Made by a program: the position numbers and the translations under genes. Below are positions 19,707 to 30,804 of a DNA stretch of 64,000 nucleotides, piece after piece. Numbering within the stretch: the first letter of the stretch is position 1; each line of letters starts with the position of its first letter. The stretch is from a bacterium (GTDB lineage: Bacteria; Margulisbacteria; WOR-1; O2-12-FULL-45-9; XYB2-FULL-48-7): assembly GCA_043812655.1 (NCBI GenBank), contig JBDRLW010000030.1, forward strand, positions 1-64,000. The letters are read 5' to 3'. The notes under the pieces were generated by a model. The model did no database searches. It saw only the letters and a program-made list of their open reading frames with translations, and was not told the DNA's origin.

Positions 19707-22237
19707 TAGCCGACTTTTTTGCCTTGGAGGCCTGAGGAAGAGGCAGACGCCAAGGAGTGGCGAGGTGGAAGATTCAAAAGTTTCTTTTCTTCTATAACTT
19801 TTTCCGTGAACTTTCTCGGTTTACCGGAAAAGACCATCTTTTCATCTCTATAATCAGCTTTGACTTCTGTCCCGTAACCAAATCGGCCCTTTAAAACTTC
19901 TTCCGATAAAAGGTCTTCGATCTCTTCTTCGATCGTCCGGCGGAGCGGCCGGGCGCCAAATTTGGGATCGTAGCTTTTAGCGACTAAAAACTTTTTGGCT
20001 TTTTTGGTTACATTAATGAACAATCCCTTCTCCACTAACCGCTTATTCACGTCCCCGATCATAATATCAACAATAATACTTAGGTCTTCCTTAGAAATTG
20101 GGTGGAAAACAATAGTTTCATCGACCCGGTTTAGAAACTCCGGCCGAAAATCCTTTTTCAACTGCTCCATTACCGTTCCCCTCATCTTCTCATAACTGCC
20201 TTTAACATCTTCCCGGGTCACAAAACCGATCGAGGTTTCTTTGCGGATCAGGTCAGCGCCAACGTTACTGGTCATGATGATCACTGTATTCTTAAAATCG
20301 ATCTGCCGGCCTTGCGCGTCGGTAACATGCCCTTCATCCAATATTTGCAATAAAATATTCATCACATCAGGGTGGGCTTTTTCGATCTCGTCAAATAAAA
20401 TGATCGAGTGCGGCTTGCGGCGGACTGGTTCGGTTAGCTGGCCGCCTTCACCAAACCCAACATAACCAGGAGGCGAACCGATCAACCTGGAAACAGTATG
20501 CGATTCCAAATACTCCGACATATCGATCCTAATGATCGCGTCAACGTCGCCGAAAAGAAAATCAGCTAACCTTTTAGCCAATTCTGTTTTTCCAACACCA
20601 GAAGGCCCAAGGAAAATGAACGAACCGATCGGCCGTTTCGGGTCTTTTAACCCCGCTCTTGCCCGCCGGATCGATTTAGCGATAACCTTGATCGCTTCGG
20701 TCTGGCCAACGATCCTTTTTTCCAGTGTTTCTTCCATGTGGAGCAAACGTTCCGTCTCCTCTTGCGTCAACTGGGTGACTGGAACTCCGGTCCAAGCGGC
20801 CGTGATCTCGGCAATAATTTCGGCATTCACTTCTGGGTAATTTTCGCGCGGTACATCAGCAACTTTTTTTGAGGCCGCTTCGTACTGGAGCTTTAACGCT
20901 TCTTCTTTATCCCTAAGCTGGGCGGCAATTTCAAATTCTTGGCCATCAACCGCCCGCTCTTTTTCTTTTTTTATTTTTTCCATTTCTTGGGTTATCTCGA
21001 CCAGTTCTGGCGGGGCTCCAGCCGACCGGAGCATTACTTTTGAGGCTGCTTCATCGATCAGGTCGATCGCTTTATCCGGCAAAAACCGGTCGGAAATATA
21101 GCGGGCAGAGAGCCGCGCCGCCTGGACAAGCGCTTCATCCGTTATTTTTACGCGGTGAAAATCTTCATAGCGGCTCCGCAACCCTTTGAGGATCTCGATC
21201 GTCTCGCTGGTAGACGGCTCCATCACCAAAACCGATTGGAAACGGCGTTCTAGCGCCGGGTCAGACTCGATCCTTTTCCTGAATTCATCGATCGTCGTCG
21301 CGCCAATGCATTGGATCTCGCCCCGGGCTAGCGCCGGTTTTAAAATGTTGGCCGCGTCCATCGCTCCTTCGGCCGCCCCAGCGCCAATTAAGGTGTGAAG
21401 CTCATCAATAAATAAAATGACATTGCCGCTTTTCATCGCTTCGTCTAGAACTTTCTTTAACCGTTCTTCAAATTCTCCCCGGTATCGGGTCCCGGCAATT
21501 AACAGGCCCATATCGAGGGCCACTAAACGTTTATCCAACAAAGTGCGGGGAATGTCCCCTGAAATAATTTTTTGGGCCAAGCCCTCAACAATGGCGGTTT
21601 TTCCAACCCCCGCCTCACCAATTAAGACAGGATTGTTTTTTCGGCGCCTAGAAAGGATCTGAACAACTCTTTCTACTTCCTGCGCCCGGCCGATCACCGG
21701 ATCAAGTTTTTTTTCTCTGGCTAAAGCAGTTAGATCTCGGCCAAAAGCGTCAATGACCGGAGTTTTACTTGTTCTGGGACCTTTTTTTTGCGTGGCGGAA
21801 ACTTCTCCTAAAATTGAAACGACCCTCGACCGGGCCGAGGCAGTAGAGATCCCAAAGTCGGCTAGGAGCTTCCCTGCGCCGGTCCCTCCCTCCCGCATGA
21901 TCCCAAGAAGTAAATGTTCCACTCCAACATAACTGTGCCCTAAACCCCGCGCCTCATCCCAAGATAACTCAATAACCTTTTTGGCTTGCGCATTGAAAGG
22001 GACTTCTGGGCTGGGGGTGACTGGCGTGTCTGGAGCAACCAAGGACTCCAATCTTTCTTTAATGATGGATGGTTCAACCCGAAAATGTTCGAAAGTTTTA
22101 AAAACCATCGGTTCGCCTTCTCTTATCATCCCGAGAAGCAGGTGCTCTGCCCCAACATAGCCCGAACCAAGGCGCTTGGCTTCATCTTGCGCCGCCATGA
22201 TTACCCGGATAGCTTTTTCGGTAAACCGTTCAAACAT
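19706..22237 (-). CDS. clpC: ATP-dependent Clp protease ATPase subunit ClpC
   Basis: MFERFTEKA, two AAA modules, UVR middle domain, IGF loop. Confidence 0.96.
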   Translation of the reverse strand: MFERFTEKAIRVIMAAQDEAKRLGSGYVGAEHLLLGMIREGEPMVFKTFEHFRVEPSIIKERLESLVAPDTPVTPSPEVPFNAQAKKVIELSWDEARGLGHSYVGVEHLLLGIMREGGTGAGKLLADFGISTASARSRVVSILGEVSATQKKGPRTSKTPVIDAFGRDLTALAREKKLDPVIGRAQEVERVVQILSRRRKNNPVLIGEAGVGKTAIVEGLAQKIISGDIPRTLLDKRLVALDMGLLIAGTRYRGEFEERLKKVLDEAMKSGNVILFIDELHTLIGAGAAEGAMDAANILKPALARGEIQCIGATTIDEFRKRIESDPALERRFQSVLVMEPSTSETIEILKGLRSRYEDFHRVKITDEALVQAARLSARYISDRFLPDKAIDLIDEAASKVMLRSAGAPPELVEITQEMEKIKKEKERAVDGQEFEIAAQLRDKEEALKLQYEAASKKVADVPRENYPEVNAEIIAEITAAWTGVPVTQLTQEETERLLHMEETLEKRIVGQTEAIKVIAKSIRRARAGLKDPKRPIGSFIFLGPSGVGKTELAKRLADFLFGDVDAIIRIDMSEYLESHTVSRLIGSPPGYVGFGEGGQLTEPVRRKPHSIILFDEIEKAHPDVMNILLQILDEGHVTDAQGRQIDFKNTVIIMTSNVGADLIRKETSIGFVTREDVKGSYEKMRGTVMEQLKKDFRPEFLNRVDETIVFHPISKEDLSIIVDIMIGDVNKRLVEKGLFINVTKKAKKFLVAKSYDPKFGARPLRRTIEEEIEDLLSEEVLKGRFGYGTEVKADYRDEKMVFSGKPRKFTEKVIEEKKLLNLPPRHSLASASSSGLQGKKVG

Positions 22238-22255
22238 CTGTTTCGATTATAGCAA

Positions 22256-24457
22256 TTAAAGCTTTTGCGGTAAAGTGAGGATAAATGAGGTCCCTTTGCC
22301 AACTTGGCTCTTGATCCTGACCGAGCCTTTATGTTCTTCGATTATCCTTATGGTAATAGGAAGGCCCATTCCCGTACCGGTTTCTTTCGTGGTGAAAAAT
22401 GGATCAAAAATGTTTTTTATCTGTTCCTGGCTAATCCCCTCGCCGGTATCCGTTACTTCGATCATTACAACTGGAATATGGTGGCCAAGGTCCTCTTCTT
22501 CGCCCCACACAAATTCTTCGCCAACTTGTTTCCCCTCCCGGGCCTGGATCCTCCCCATTTTTACCGCCTCTCCCGCTTCCGTCCTAACCAGCAGCTCCCC
22601 GCCGCTTTTATCCATTGATTCTATCCCATTTTTAATGATATTGACAAAAGCCTGCGAAATTTGCCCAGGATCACCGGAGATCATCGGGAGTTCCGCCATT
22701 TTCTTGGTGACAACAACATTATGTTTTTTGCACTCGCTCTCAAACAACATTATTACTTCATCAAGCAGTGCGTTAACGTCGACCTTAGTTAACTCCGGTT
22801 TCATCGGTCGGCCAAATTTCAGCAAGCTCTCGGCAATTTTATTTATTCTTTCTATCTCGTGGGGGACAATGGCTGAAAATTTATCCCGGAATTCTTTGTC
22901 TTCCCATTTCTGTTGTAGTAATTGGGTAAAGGTCCGGACAGAGACCAAGGGATTTTTTATTTCGTGCGCCATGCCGGCCGCCATTGTCCCGAGCGACGCC
23001 AATTTTTCCGACAAGATAAGTTTTTCTTGGCTATTTTTTAATTCTTCGGTCATGCGGTTAAAAGCTTTGGCCAGTTCTCCAAGCTCGTCAAGCGAATCAA
23101 CCTTGATCCGGTAGCCCAATTCGCCGCGCGATACCGCCTCTGTCCCTGATTTTAAAGCTTTTATTGGCCGCTCGATCGATTGGGCAAAAAACACCCCAAC
23201 AACCCCAGCAAAGACAATCCCTAATATAACAAATAAAAGAGAATTCGTTTCAAGCCGGCGCATTTCATAATAGGCGACACTAACTGGCGCTTCTACTACA
23301 ACGCCCCAATCATATTTTTTAATAAAAACAAAGGCTCCCACCATCCGCTCGCCCAGTTCGTCCCTAAACTCGCCGGATTCTTTTTTGCCGGCTAAAACTT
23401 TTCTAACCGCTTCATTTCGGCTGACATCTTCTCCGGACAAAACCCTTTTTGAATCTGGATGGGCAAGGAGTTTTCCTCGGGCATCGACAATAAAAGCCCT
23501 CCCAACGTTTCCTAATTGAACCGTATTTATGATCGCTTGCAACTCTTCCGCGGAAGGTTCTTCTTCGGCTAATTCTACTTTTCTGGCTAGGTTTATTGCT
23601 TCATTCTGGTAAGTTGAACGGATCTGCTTGGACAGGGCCTCTTTGCCAATATTGATCATCACAATGGTCGTAACCTCAAGCAGTAAAATTATCAGCAAGA
23701 TAAAGATCAACGCCAGCTTAAATAAGATCCTGGTCTCCAAGTATTGCCACGGCTTTTTCGCTTCTTTTGATTCTGGCGGTATAATTTCGCTAAGCAGCAA
23801 GCAAAGCAAAGCTAATAATGTGGCTCCCCAAGCCGCCGCTAAATAGCCTGCTTGCCCAAACCGAACATATAAGAAAGAAAGGAAAAACCCTCCCAGCATC
23901 AAAACCGCCGCTATGCCGGAACACAATAAAAGGCTTTTTTTGCCTGCTTTCGCACCGATCGCTTCTTTTATTGCCAGGCAAAACAATCCTCCCCACATCA
24001 AAGAAAAAAATGGTTTGACTGGGACCCAAGCAGAAAAATCGATCAACGGCTCGATCACGCCTTCCCTAAAGATCAGGTTAACCGCTCCTGCCCAAACATT
24101 AAAAGCCATTCCTCCCGCTGCCGCCAAAACCAGCAGCGTAAGCGGCCACCACAATTTTAATTTAAATTTATCCGCCAAATACAACCAAAGAAAAATAGTT
24201 GCCACGATCAAAAAAGTTAAGACCAGCTTTTGGCTTAAAATAATGACTGATAATTTCCAGTTAAGGTTGACCATTAACTGGGAAGAGATGTTCGCTGTAA
24301 CATATAAAAACAAAAAGAAGAACAACAAGGAGAGAAAAAGGTTTATTCTTTCCTTGGCCTTAACGAACCGGCCGAAAAAGGTCATCCCCCCGGAAATTAA
24401 TATTCCCGCGGCAAATATTTCCGTAAAAAGACTTATTATGGTAATAACTGAAAACAT
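22256..24457 (-). CDS. Sensor histidine kinase (multi-TM, Cache, HAMP, HisKA, HATPase)
   Basis: AHEIKNPL, DELGELA.AFN.M, DTGEGI, FFTTK..GTGMGL. Confidence 0.93.
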   Translation of the reverse strand: MFSVITIISLFTEIFAAGILISGGMTFFGRFVKAKERINLFLSLLFFFLFLYVTANISSQLMVNLNWKLSVIILSQKLVLTFLIVATIFLWLYLADKFKLKLWWPLTLLVLAAAGGMAFNVWAGAVNLIFREGVIEPLIDFSAWVPVKPFFSLMWGGLFCLAIKEAIGAKAGKKSLLLCSGIAAVLMLGGFFLSFLYVRFGQAGYLAAAWGATLLALLCLLLSEIIPPESKEAKKPWQYLETRILFKLALIFILLIILLLEVTTIVMINIGKEALSKQIRSTYQNEAINLARKVELAEEEPSAEELQAIINTVQLGNVGRAFIVDARGKLLAHPDSKRVLSGEDVSRNEAVRKVLAGKKESGEFRDELGERMVGAFVFIKKYDWGVVVEAPVSVAYYEMRRLETNSLLFVILGIVFAGVVGVFFAQSIERPIKALKSGTEAVSRGELGYRIKVDSLDELGELAKAFNRMTEELKNSQEKLILSEKLASLGTMAAGMAHEIKNPLVSVRTFTQLLQQKWEDKEFRDKFSAIVPHEIERINKIAESLLKFGRPMKPELTKVDVNALLDEVIMLFESECKKHNVVVTKKMAELPMISGDPGQISQAFVNIIKNGIESMDKSGGELLVRTEAGEAVKMGRIQAREGKQVGEEFVWGEEEDLGHHIPVVMIEVTDTGEGISQEQIKNIFDPFFTTKETGTGMGLPITIRIIEEHKGSVRIKSQVGKGTSFILTLPQKL

Positions 24458-24460
24458 TTT

Positions 24461-25318
24461 TTATTTATATACGGTCAGAGCGGCTTCTCCCGCGCCTAAG
24501 CCGCCAATAATATTGATCGCTTGGACTGGAATGATAAACTTGCCGGACCTAACATCCGTTGGCAGAACAAAACGCGCCGCCCAGATATTATCGCCAGCGA
24601 TCATGTCCCCTTCAAGCCCGTTATTTAATAATGGGTATCTTTCCGGCAAATTAATTTGCCTTAAATCGACAAAAACCCCGGCAATATCTTCGTCGCGGCC
24701 GGGGTTTTCAACTTTCACAGTAATTGTAACCAATGCTTTCCCATCTGCCAAGGCCTTTTCTGGTTGGCAGGAGGCGGAAAGGATCATTGGATTTTTCTTT
24801 ACATCAAGCGAAACTTTGGCTAACGCCAGCCAGCCATCTTTGTTGGTCACGGAAACGGGGATATCTTTTCCCCCTATTACCGCGGTCGCCGCGACATTTG
24901 TTTGCAGCGTATAAACCCCATCATTTGATTTTTGGTCGCCAAACAATCCATTATCGACCAGGGATGTCCCCGGTAGCCGGCCAATTGGCGCCAGGTCAGC
25001 CCTCACCCCGGCAACATTAGTTAAGCCTTTTGGATCTTCTATCCCCGCCTGGATATCAAAGATCGTCCGACCGTCCGGCGGCATTTTTCTGGGTACCGCT
25101 TTTAAAAAATTGATAGTTGGGGTCAGCTTCATTTTATTGACCCGGGAAAGGTCGTAGCCGATCGCCCAAGAAAACAATTCATCCACTTTCTTTTTCACAA
25201 AACTCGTCTTTGAAAGCAATTCTATCGCTTCACCCTGGGTCATAGATTCTTCTCCTTTAGCCGCGGCCGCAAAAAAGGTAAAGATCATCAGCCAAACCAA
25301 TAAATATTTGTTCCTCAT
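24461..25318 (-). CDS. Exported protein with two Ig-like repeats (choice-of-anchor X-like)
   Basis: Signal peptide; repeated L.DNG..GD....DG.Y motif. Confidence 0.7.
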   Translation of the reverse strand: MRNKYLLVWLMIFTFFAAAAKGEESMTQGEAIELLSKTSFVKKKVDELFSWAIGYDLSRVNKMKLTPTINFLKAVPRKMPPDGRTIFDIQAGIEDPKGLTNVAGVRADLAPIGRLPGTSLVDNGLFGDQKSNDGVYTLQTNVAATAVIGGKDIPVSVTNKDGWLALAKVSLDVKKNPMILSASCQPEKALADGKALVTITVKVENPGRDEDIAGVFVDLRQINLPERYPLLNNGLEGDMIAGDNIWAARFVLPTDVRSGKFIIPVQAINIIGGLGAGEAALTVYK

Positions 25319-27342
25319 TTTGCTTCTCTCTTAACTGAAGCAAAGATCTTCTCCGCTTCAGCCGGCGGGACCGGCGCGTTCAACCGAAATGTCCCATCAG
25401 GAAATAATGGTAAAAAGTTTTTTTTCAGAACATAATTAATGTAAGGCGCCAATGGATCGTCTTTTTTAATGTCGGCGCAGACATCTTCTTTTACTATCAG
25501 CGGAGGCTTTTTCAAATTATTTACTATCCAGGTGATCACTTCATTCCTAGATATATTTGTCTGTAAATTAAATTTCGCTTCAGATGAGACCTCTATTACT
25601 TCAGATAAATAGATCTCCTCAATTATTGGTTTTACGGCTTCTTGGGGCGGCACATTGCCTTTTTCCGGTAAACGCCCGGTCTCTGCCGCCTCTTTGATCA
25701 TTTCCTTTAACCTCTCCCCTTCCGGTTTAGACACCGGGGCAGTCGCCCTGAATGTTCCGTCGGAAAATGGCAACAGCAACTTTTTGTCGACCGCCAGTTT
25801 GATATATGGCGCCATTGGGTCTTCTTTTTTAACGTCCGGCAGTGGGTCCTTGGTAACTTTTGGAACGGGGAGTCCGCTAGCTTTAGCCAACCAGGTCGCA
25901 AGCTTGCCCCGGGAAATGCTGTCGTTTAGTTTTACCGTCGGCTTAGCCTCAATGATCCCGGCGGTTGCCAAGTCTTCCGCTTTTTTCCTTTTATCGATCG
26001 CTTCCTTTTGCGCGGCCTTTAGCTTGGTTTTCTCCTCTGCGGTTTTTGCTTCCGCCAAGGCCCGACCAAGTACTTTTTCTTCGGCTGATTCCATTTTTAC
26101 TTTTCTTAGGACTTTATATTTCCAGATCTTTTTCTCACCTTGGTAGCGAGCTTCAACTAAGATCAAGTTTTTGCCGATCTTAAGGGGGACAACTACTTTA
26201 AATGTTTGGTCGTCGGAGACTGCCGCCCTTTGGCCATCAATATAGACTTCGACCCCTAATTTTACCCGGCCGGAAATATCTATTTTGTCATTATAAGTAA
26301 CAATGTTGTCTTCAATTGAGATCTTTTCAAGGGCCGATTCTAGCATGATGGACGGTTTAATGGTTTCAAGCTTTTTGTTTACCAGCCAACCTGGAGGAAA
26401 ATACATAATCGTTATGCAAGTTTGGGTTTCATCTTTTAACGGTTCGTGGTAATTGGCCAGATCAACACCCCAGCTGGCGGAACGAAAACCGAGGCCTAAG
26501 TTCAAACTGGTCAAAAGCCCGGTCCCTCTCCATTGCTGCATAACACCGGTACGCACATAATATTTTTTATTTATCCCCCACTCTCCCCCGATCCTAAGCA
26601 GGGTCGGGCGGGCTACCCCAAAAGCCAACTCCCCATTAAGATTTAATTCCCTCCCATCCATAAAGACCGGAGAAAATAGATCGCCGATCACCTTTCCGGA
26701 AAGACCGATCTTCCCAATAGCTGGAAAGCCTTCGGCCCCGGAGCTATCCCAAGTCAATCTTGTTGGCAAGATGTTTTGCAGTGAAAGCCCTGCCGACCAC
26801 CATTCTCCCCCTTTCCATAATATACCCAGGTCGATATCTCCCCCTGTCCCCGACCTATCCCTCGAGCCGGTGATCCGCAGTGATTGCTTATAAAGTAATT
26901 TTACGTTTATCCCTACTCCGAATTTCTGCCAATTTTCATTTCGATTGAAAAAGGGCAGGAGGTTCAGTTTTGTCCCGTAAGACAACGCAATAATATTACT
27001 GCTGGAGGTTGCCAACCCGGAAGAAGTATTAAGCCCTGAAACCTTTGAGTTGATCAAGGCAAAGCCGAGCGAAGCGCCTGTCCCAGTCGGGTAAGCCTGA
27101 ATGGCCGACAAATTATCGGCATCCTTTACGGTCAATTCTATCCCTTTGGCCCAAGCTAATCCGCCGGGATTATAAAGCGCGGCATTGACATCATCTGCCA
27201 ACCCGACAAAAGTCCCGCCCATACCAAGCGGCCGGGAACCAATATCAAGCTGAAAGGGATTTAAGCCTATCTCCGCAAGCTCCGCCCCTCCCGTAGACAC
27301 AAAGGCAAAGACCAGCATGCATGACAATAGTATTTTTTTCAT
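25315..27342 (-). CDS. PorV/PorQ-like beta-barrel fused to Ig-like and SLH domains
   Basis: Signal peptide, GSRPLGMGGTFVGLADDVNAALYNPGGL, alternating beta-strands, C-terminal SLH-like repeats. Confidence 0.75.
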   Translation of the reverse strand: MKKILLSCMLVFAFVSTGGAELAEIGLNPFQLDIGSRPLGMGGTFVGLADDVNAALYNPGGLAWAKGIELTVKDADNLSAIQAYPTGTGASLGFALINSKVSGLNTSSGLATSSSNIIALSYGTKLNLLPFFNRNENWQKFGVGINVKLLYKQSLRITGSRDRSGTGGDIDLGILWKGGEWWSAGLSLQNILPTRLTWDSSGAEGFPAIGKIGLSGKVIGDLFSPVFMDGRELNLNGELAFGVARPTLLRIGGEWGINKKYYVRTGVMQQWRGTGLLTSLNLGLGFRSASWGVDLANYHEPLKDETQTCITIMYFPPGWLVNKKLETIKPSIMLESALEKISIEDNIVTYNDKIDISGRVKLGVEVYIDGQRAAVSDDQTFKVVVPLKIGKNLILVEARYQGEKKIWKYKVLRKVKMESAEEKVLGRALAEAKTAEEKTKLKAAQKEAIDKRKKAEDLATAGIIEAKPTVKLNDSISRGKLATWLAKASGLPVPKVTKDPLPDVKKEDPMAPYIKLAVDKKLLLPFSDGTFRATAPVSKPEGERLKEMIKEAAETGRLPEKGNVPPQEAVKPIIEEIYLSEVIEVSSEAKFNLQTNISRNEVITWIVNNLKKPPLIVKEDVCADIKKDDPLAPYINYVLKKNFLPLFPDGTFRLNAPVPPAEAEKIFASVKREAK

Positions 27343-28532
27343 TCTACCGTTAAGAGCATGGCCTCTCTTTTACTTTCCCACCCGAGCCTATCTACGGCCG
27401 TTACGCCAAGTTTTTTTTCTCCGCTCTCTTTTGGCTGAAAAGAGTAATCAAAATAATAAACATTATTGTTCTTTTCCATGATCGCCTCAGTCGGTCCGCC
27501 AAGAGAAGAAAGGTCTGCTTTTACGCCAATGATCGGAGCAAATTTTCCCCTTGGGGCAAGCTCAACGATCAAGCGGATATTGGTGGTCGTCCCCAGGTCA
27601 ATAGGATTGGGCTCGATCTTTAAGCTTTTTATGGTCGGTTTAATGTTGATCCCGCATAAACGGGTATACTCTTTTTTATAGTTAAACAACGCAGTTATGT
27701 CTTCCTGGACCTTTTTTAACCGTGAAACAATTACTGCCGCTTCCGCCCTGGTTAACGCTCTTTCCGGATCAAGAACCGTCGCATTTTTTGATACCCCTTG
27801 AACCGAGCCTTGGTTTTGGGCAGCATAGATCGGCTGCACTCCCCCCTCAAGGACATCAACATCACGAAATATTTTAGTCGTTTTCGCCTTCATCCCTCCC
27901 CCTTCGATCCGAGCGGATATTTCTGCTGCCTCACTTCTTGAAATTGGGTCTTCTACGCCAAACAACTTGTTGGGGAAAGGAGTAATATAACCGGCTAAAA
28001 CAACGGCCTTAACGTAAGGGGCGCGCCAATGCTCTTTTGGCACATCAAAAAAAACATCAGCAGTCACTTTTTTGATCGGCAGCTGTTTTGCTCTAGCTAA
28101 CCAGGTAGCAAACTCGCCCCTGGTAATAGGTTTGCCCGGATAAAAATTGCCATCCTGGCTCCCTTCTATTATCCCAAGTGTAGAAAGAGCGGCAATTTCT
28201 TTAGCCGCCCAATGTTTTTTTCCTTCCGTTGTCTTTTGAACATCTGGGTAAGATATCAATTTTAAAACTTTTAGATATTTTTTTTCTTTGTCCCCTTTTA
28301 TTTCAATTAAATTTTTCCCTGGGTTAAGGATCAAGGCGCAAGAAAACGCGCCGCCTTCTTCTAATGGGACGCTTGCCTCATTAATAGTTATAGTTTTTCC
28401 TTGGACATTCACGCCGTTAAGCACTAACACATCGTTGTAGGTTTCGCTGTTGGGAAGAAGTGAGGTAATTTTAATGTCGGCCATAACGGGGGTCGATATT
28501 AAAAGAAAAAAAGCCAGCCAAAACATTCTCAT
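27339..28532 (-). CDS. S-layer homology domain protein
   Basis: HWA...LGII.G..DG.F.P...ITRGEF, FFDVPKEHW, TRAEAA. Confidence 0.85.
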   Translation of the reverse strand: MRMFWLAFFLLISTPVMADIKITSLLPNSETYNDVLVLNGVNVQGKTITINEASVPLEEGGAFSCALILNPGKNLIEIKGDKEKKYLKVLKLISYPDVQKTTEGKKHWAAKEIAALSTLGIIEGSQDGNFYPGKPITRGEFATWLARAKQLPIKKVTADVFFDVPKEHWRAPYVKAVVLAGYITPFPNKLFGVEDPISRSEAAEISARIEGGGMKAKTTKIFRDVDVLEGGVQPIYAAQNQGSVQGVSKNATVLDPERALTRAEAAVIVSRLKKVQEDITALFNYKKEYTRLCGINIKPTIKSLKIEPNPIDLGTTTNIRLIVELAPRGKFAPIIGVKADLSSLGGPTEAIMEKNNNVYYFDYSFQPKESGEKKLGVTAVDRLGWESKREAMLLTVE

Positions 28533-28569
28533 TGCGCTGTTATTTTAGCATATGCTATTATAATGTAAA

Positions 28570-30804
28570 ATGTTTTTAAAATCTCTCCTCTTGCGCGGGT
28601 TTAAGACCTTTGCTGATGCGACCGAGATCGAGCTGGGCGTTGGGGCCAGGATCACGGCCATCGTCGGGCCTAATGGCTGCGGCAAAAGCAACTTACTCGA
28701 CTCTGTCCGCTGGGTTTTAGGCGAGGATAATCCGCGGGATCTACGCGTCTCGTCCCTTTCCGACATTATCTTTGCCGGTACCGCCAGACGCAAACCGGTG
28801 TCTCTCGGAGAGGTCTCTCTATTATTTGATAATTCTTCTGGTAAGCTTCCCCTGCCCTACTCTGAAGTCTCGATCAAGCGGCGCGCCTTCCGCGAAGGAG
28901 AGAGCGAATTCTATATCAATAAGAACCTCTGCCGTCTGAAAGATATTAAGGACCTCCTGCTTGATACCGGCCTCGGCGAGGGAAGCTATGCCATTATCAC
29001 CCAGGGCCAGGTCGACGCTATCCTGTCGAGCAAAGGCGAAGAGCGCCGGGCCCTATTTGAAGAAGCCGCCGGGATAAATAAATATAAGACCAGAAAGGTT
29101 TCCGCCGAAAAAAAGCTGATCGCCGCCGAACAGAACATCTTGCGGATCAGCGATCTTAAGATTGAAGTCAGCGAACATCTTTTGACTTTGGAAGAACAAT
29201 CCAAAAAAGCCACTGAATACCTAAAGGTCCAAAACCAGGTCAAAGAATTGGAAATTGGCCTTTGCAAAAAGGTTTTGGGAGCGTTGATCGAAAAGAAAAT
29301 TAAATTAGAAGGGGAACTGGCCAGCACAAAACTGGCAGCGACCGAAAAAGTCACCGCCGAACAAAAGGGCGAGGCCGAGCTGGTCCAAGTTAAAGAAGCG
29401 ATCAGAAAGCTTGAGATTGAGATTGAGGAAAAGTTTGGCAAACTTGACGCCGAAAAAGACCGCCTGCGCGACCTTGAATTAAACCGTCTTTTTATTGAAG
29501 GAGAGGCCAAACGGGAAGAAAGATCGTTAATTGACCTTGAAAACAAGCGCCTTTCGTTAACCCAAAAGTTAGAAGCTTTACGCAGCGTCGATGGTCCTCA
29601 GATCAAGACCGATGGACCTCATCCCCACTTTGCTGACACCTTACACGTTATCTCTAGCCAAGCCAGGGAAGTGGTTAACCTCCTCTCATCTATCACTTCT
29701 TTTTTTGGCCAAGAAGAAATGCTGCAGCTCTTGGGTGAGAAAGACCGCGAAGCTGCGATCGCCTTGAAGGCTGAACTATTGGAAGACGAGCTAAAAAAGA
29801 CGGCCGAAGAGATCGACCGAGCCCGTTTTGGCCTGGCCGCCCACAAAAACCAGCTGGCCGGATTGACCGCACCAGGCTCAACGCCAGAAAGCAAGGCCGC
29901 TTTGACTGAAGAGATCGCCAAGTTGAAAGCAGAACGTGATAAGCTGCGGACAGAAGCCATCGCCCTGGAAGAAGCGATCAGGTTGGAAGAAAAAAAACAA
30001 CGCGAAACCGAAAACCAGAGCGCGGCCATAGAGATCGCCCTGGCTAAGGTTGACGGTGAAATGCAAGGGATCGGCGAAAAATTATCCGGCGAATACAATT
30101 TAACGCTCCCCGAAGTCGAGGCCTTGCCATATACTGTCGCCAACTCGGCCAAAGCCAAACAAGAAATTGAAGAAGGAAAGCATCGCTTGCGGGCGCTTGA
30201 GCCGGTCAACCTCTTGGCGATCGAAGAATTTGAAAAAAATCGTGATCGCTTATCTTTTATTGATTCCCAATTGACCGATTTAAATTCCGCCCGCGAAAAC
30301 CTGCAAACACTTATAGTAGAACTTGATGCCAAAGCGGAAGAAACTTTTAACAAGACCATGTCTGAACTTTCGGTTGTTTTTTCTGAAACTTTCGCCAAAC
30401 TTTTTGTTGGCGGCGAGGCAAGCATTAGATTGGCCCCTGGCAAGCCGGCGCTTGAGGCTGACATCGAAATTTCTGTTCGCCCATCGGGCAGAAGATGGCT
30501 TTCCCTTTCGCTTCTTTCCGGCGGTGAGAGGTCCCTTTCAGCTATCGCTATCCTTTTCTCACTGATGAAGATCAGGCCTTCGCCGTTTTGTTTTATGGAT
30601 GAGGTTGACGCCGCGTTAGATGAAGCCAATATCGGCCGATTCACCGCAATGCTGCAAGATTTTGCCGCCAATACGCAGATCATGGTCATCACCCATAACA
30701 AGCGGACAATGGCCGTCGCCAACAATATTTACGGGGTAACCATGGAGGAACCGGGGATATCCAAGATTATCTCCATGAAACTGACCGAATTGGCAGCGGC
30801 ATGA
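28570..30804 (+). CDS. smc: Smc-family ATPase, short (744 aa), no recognisable hinge
   Basis: GPNGCGKSN, ITQGQVD, PVNLLAIEEF, LSGGERS, DEVDAALD. Confidence 0.9.
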   Translation: MFLKSLLLRGFKTFADATEIELGVGARITAIVGPNGCGKSNLLDSVRWVLGEDNPRDLRVSSLSDIIFAGTARRKPVSLGEVSLLFDNSSGKLPLPYSEVSIKRRAFREGESEFYINKNLCRLKDIKDLLLDTGLGEGSYAIITQGQVDAILSSKGEERRALFEEAAGINKYKTRKVSAEKKLIAAEQNILRISDLKIEVSEHLLTLEEQSKKATEYLKVQNQVKELEIGLCKKVLGALIEKKIKLEGELASTKLAATEKVTAEQKGEAELVQVKEAIRKLEIEIEEKFGKLDAEKDRLRDLELNRLFIEGEAKREERSLIDLENKRLSLTQKLEALRSVDGPQIKTDGPHPHFADTLHVISSQAREVVNLLSSITSFFGQEEMLQLLGEKDREAAIALKAELLEDELKKTAEEIDRARFGLAAHKNQLAGLTAPGSTPESKAALTEEIAKLKAERDKLRTEAIALEEAIRLEEKKQRETENQSAAIEIALAKVDGEMQGIGEKLSGEYNLTLPEVEALPYTVANSAKAKQEIEEGKHRLRALEPVNLLAIEEFEKNRDRLSFIDSQLTDLNSARENLQTLIVELDAKAEETFNKTMSELSVVFSETFAKLFVGGEASIRLAPGKPALEADIEISVRPSGRRWLSLSLLSGGERSLSAIAILFSLMKIRPSPFCFMDEVDAALDEANIGRFTAMLQDFAANTQIMVITHNKRTMAVANNIYGVTMEEPGISKIISMKLTELAAA

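Noticed and set aside
29619..30725. Long antisense ORFs (also 22275-23114, 23913-24914, 47157-48035, 18757-19344)
   Set aside because: Shadow frames opposite well-supported genes, with no recognisable motifs.
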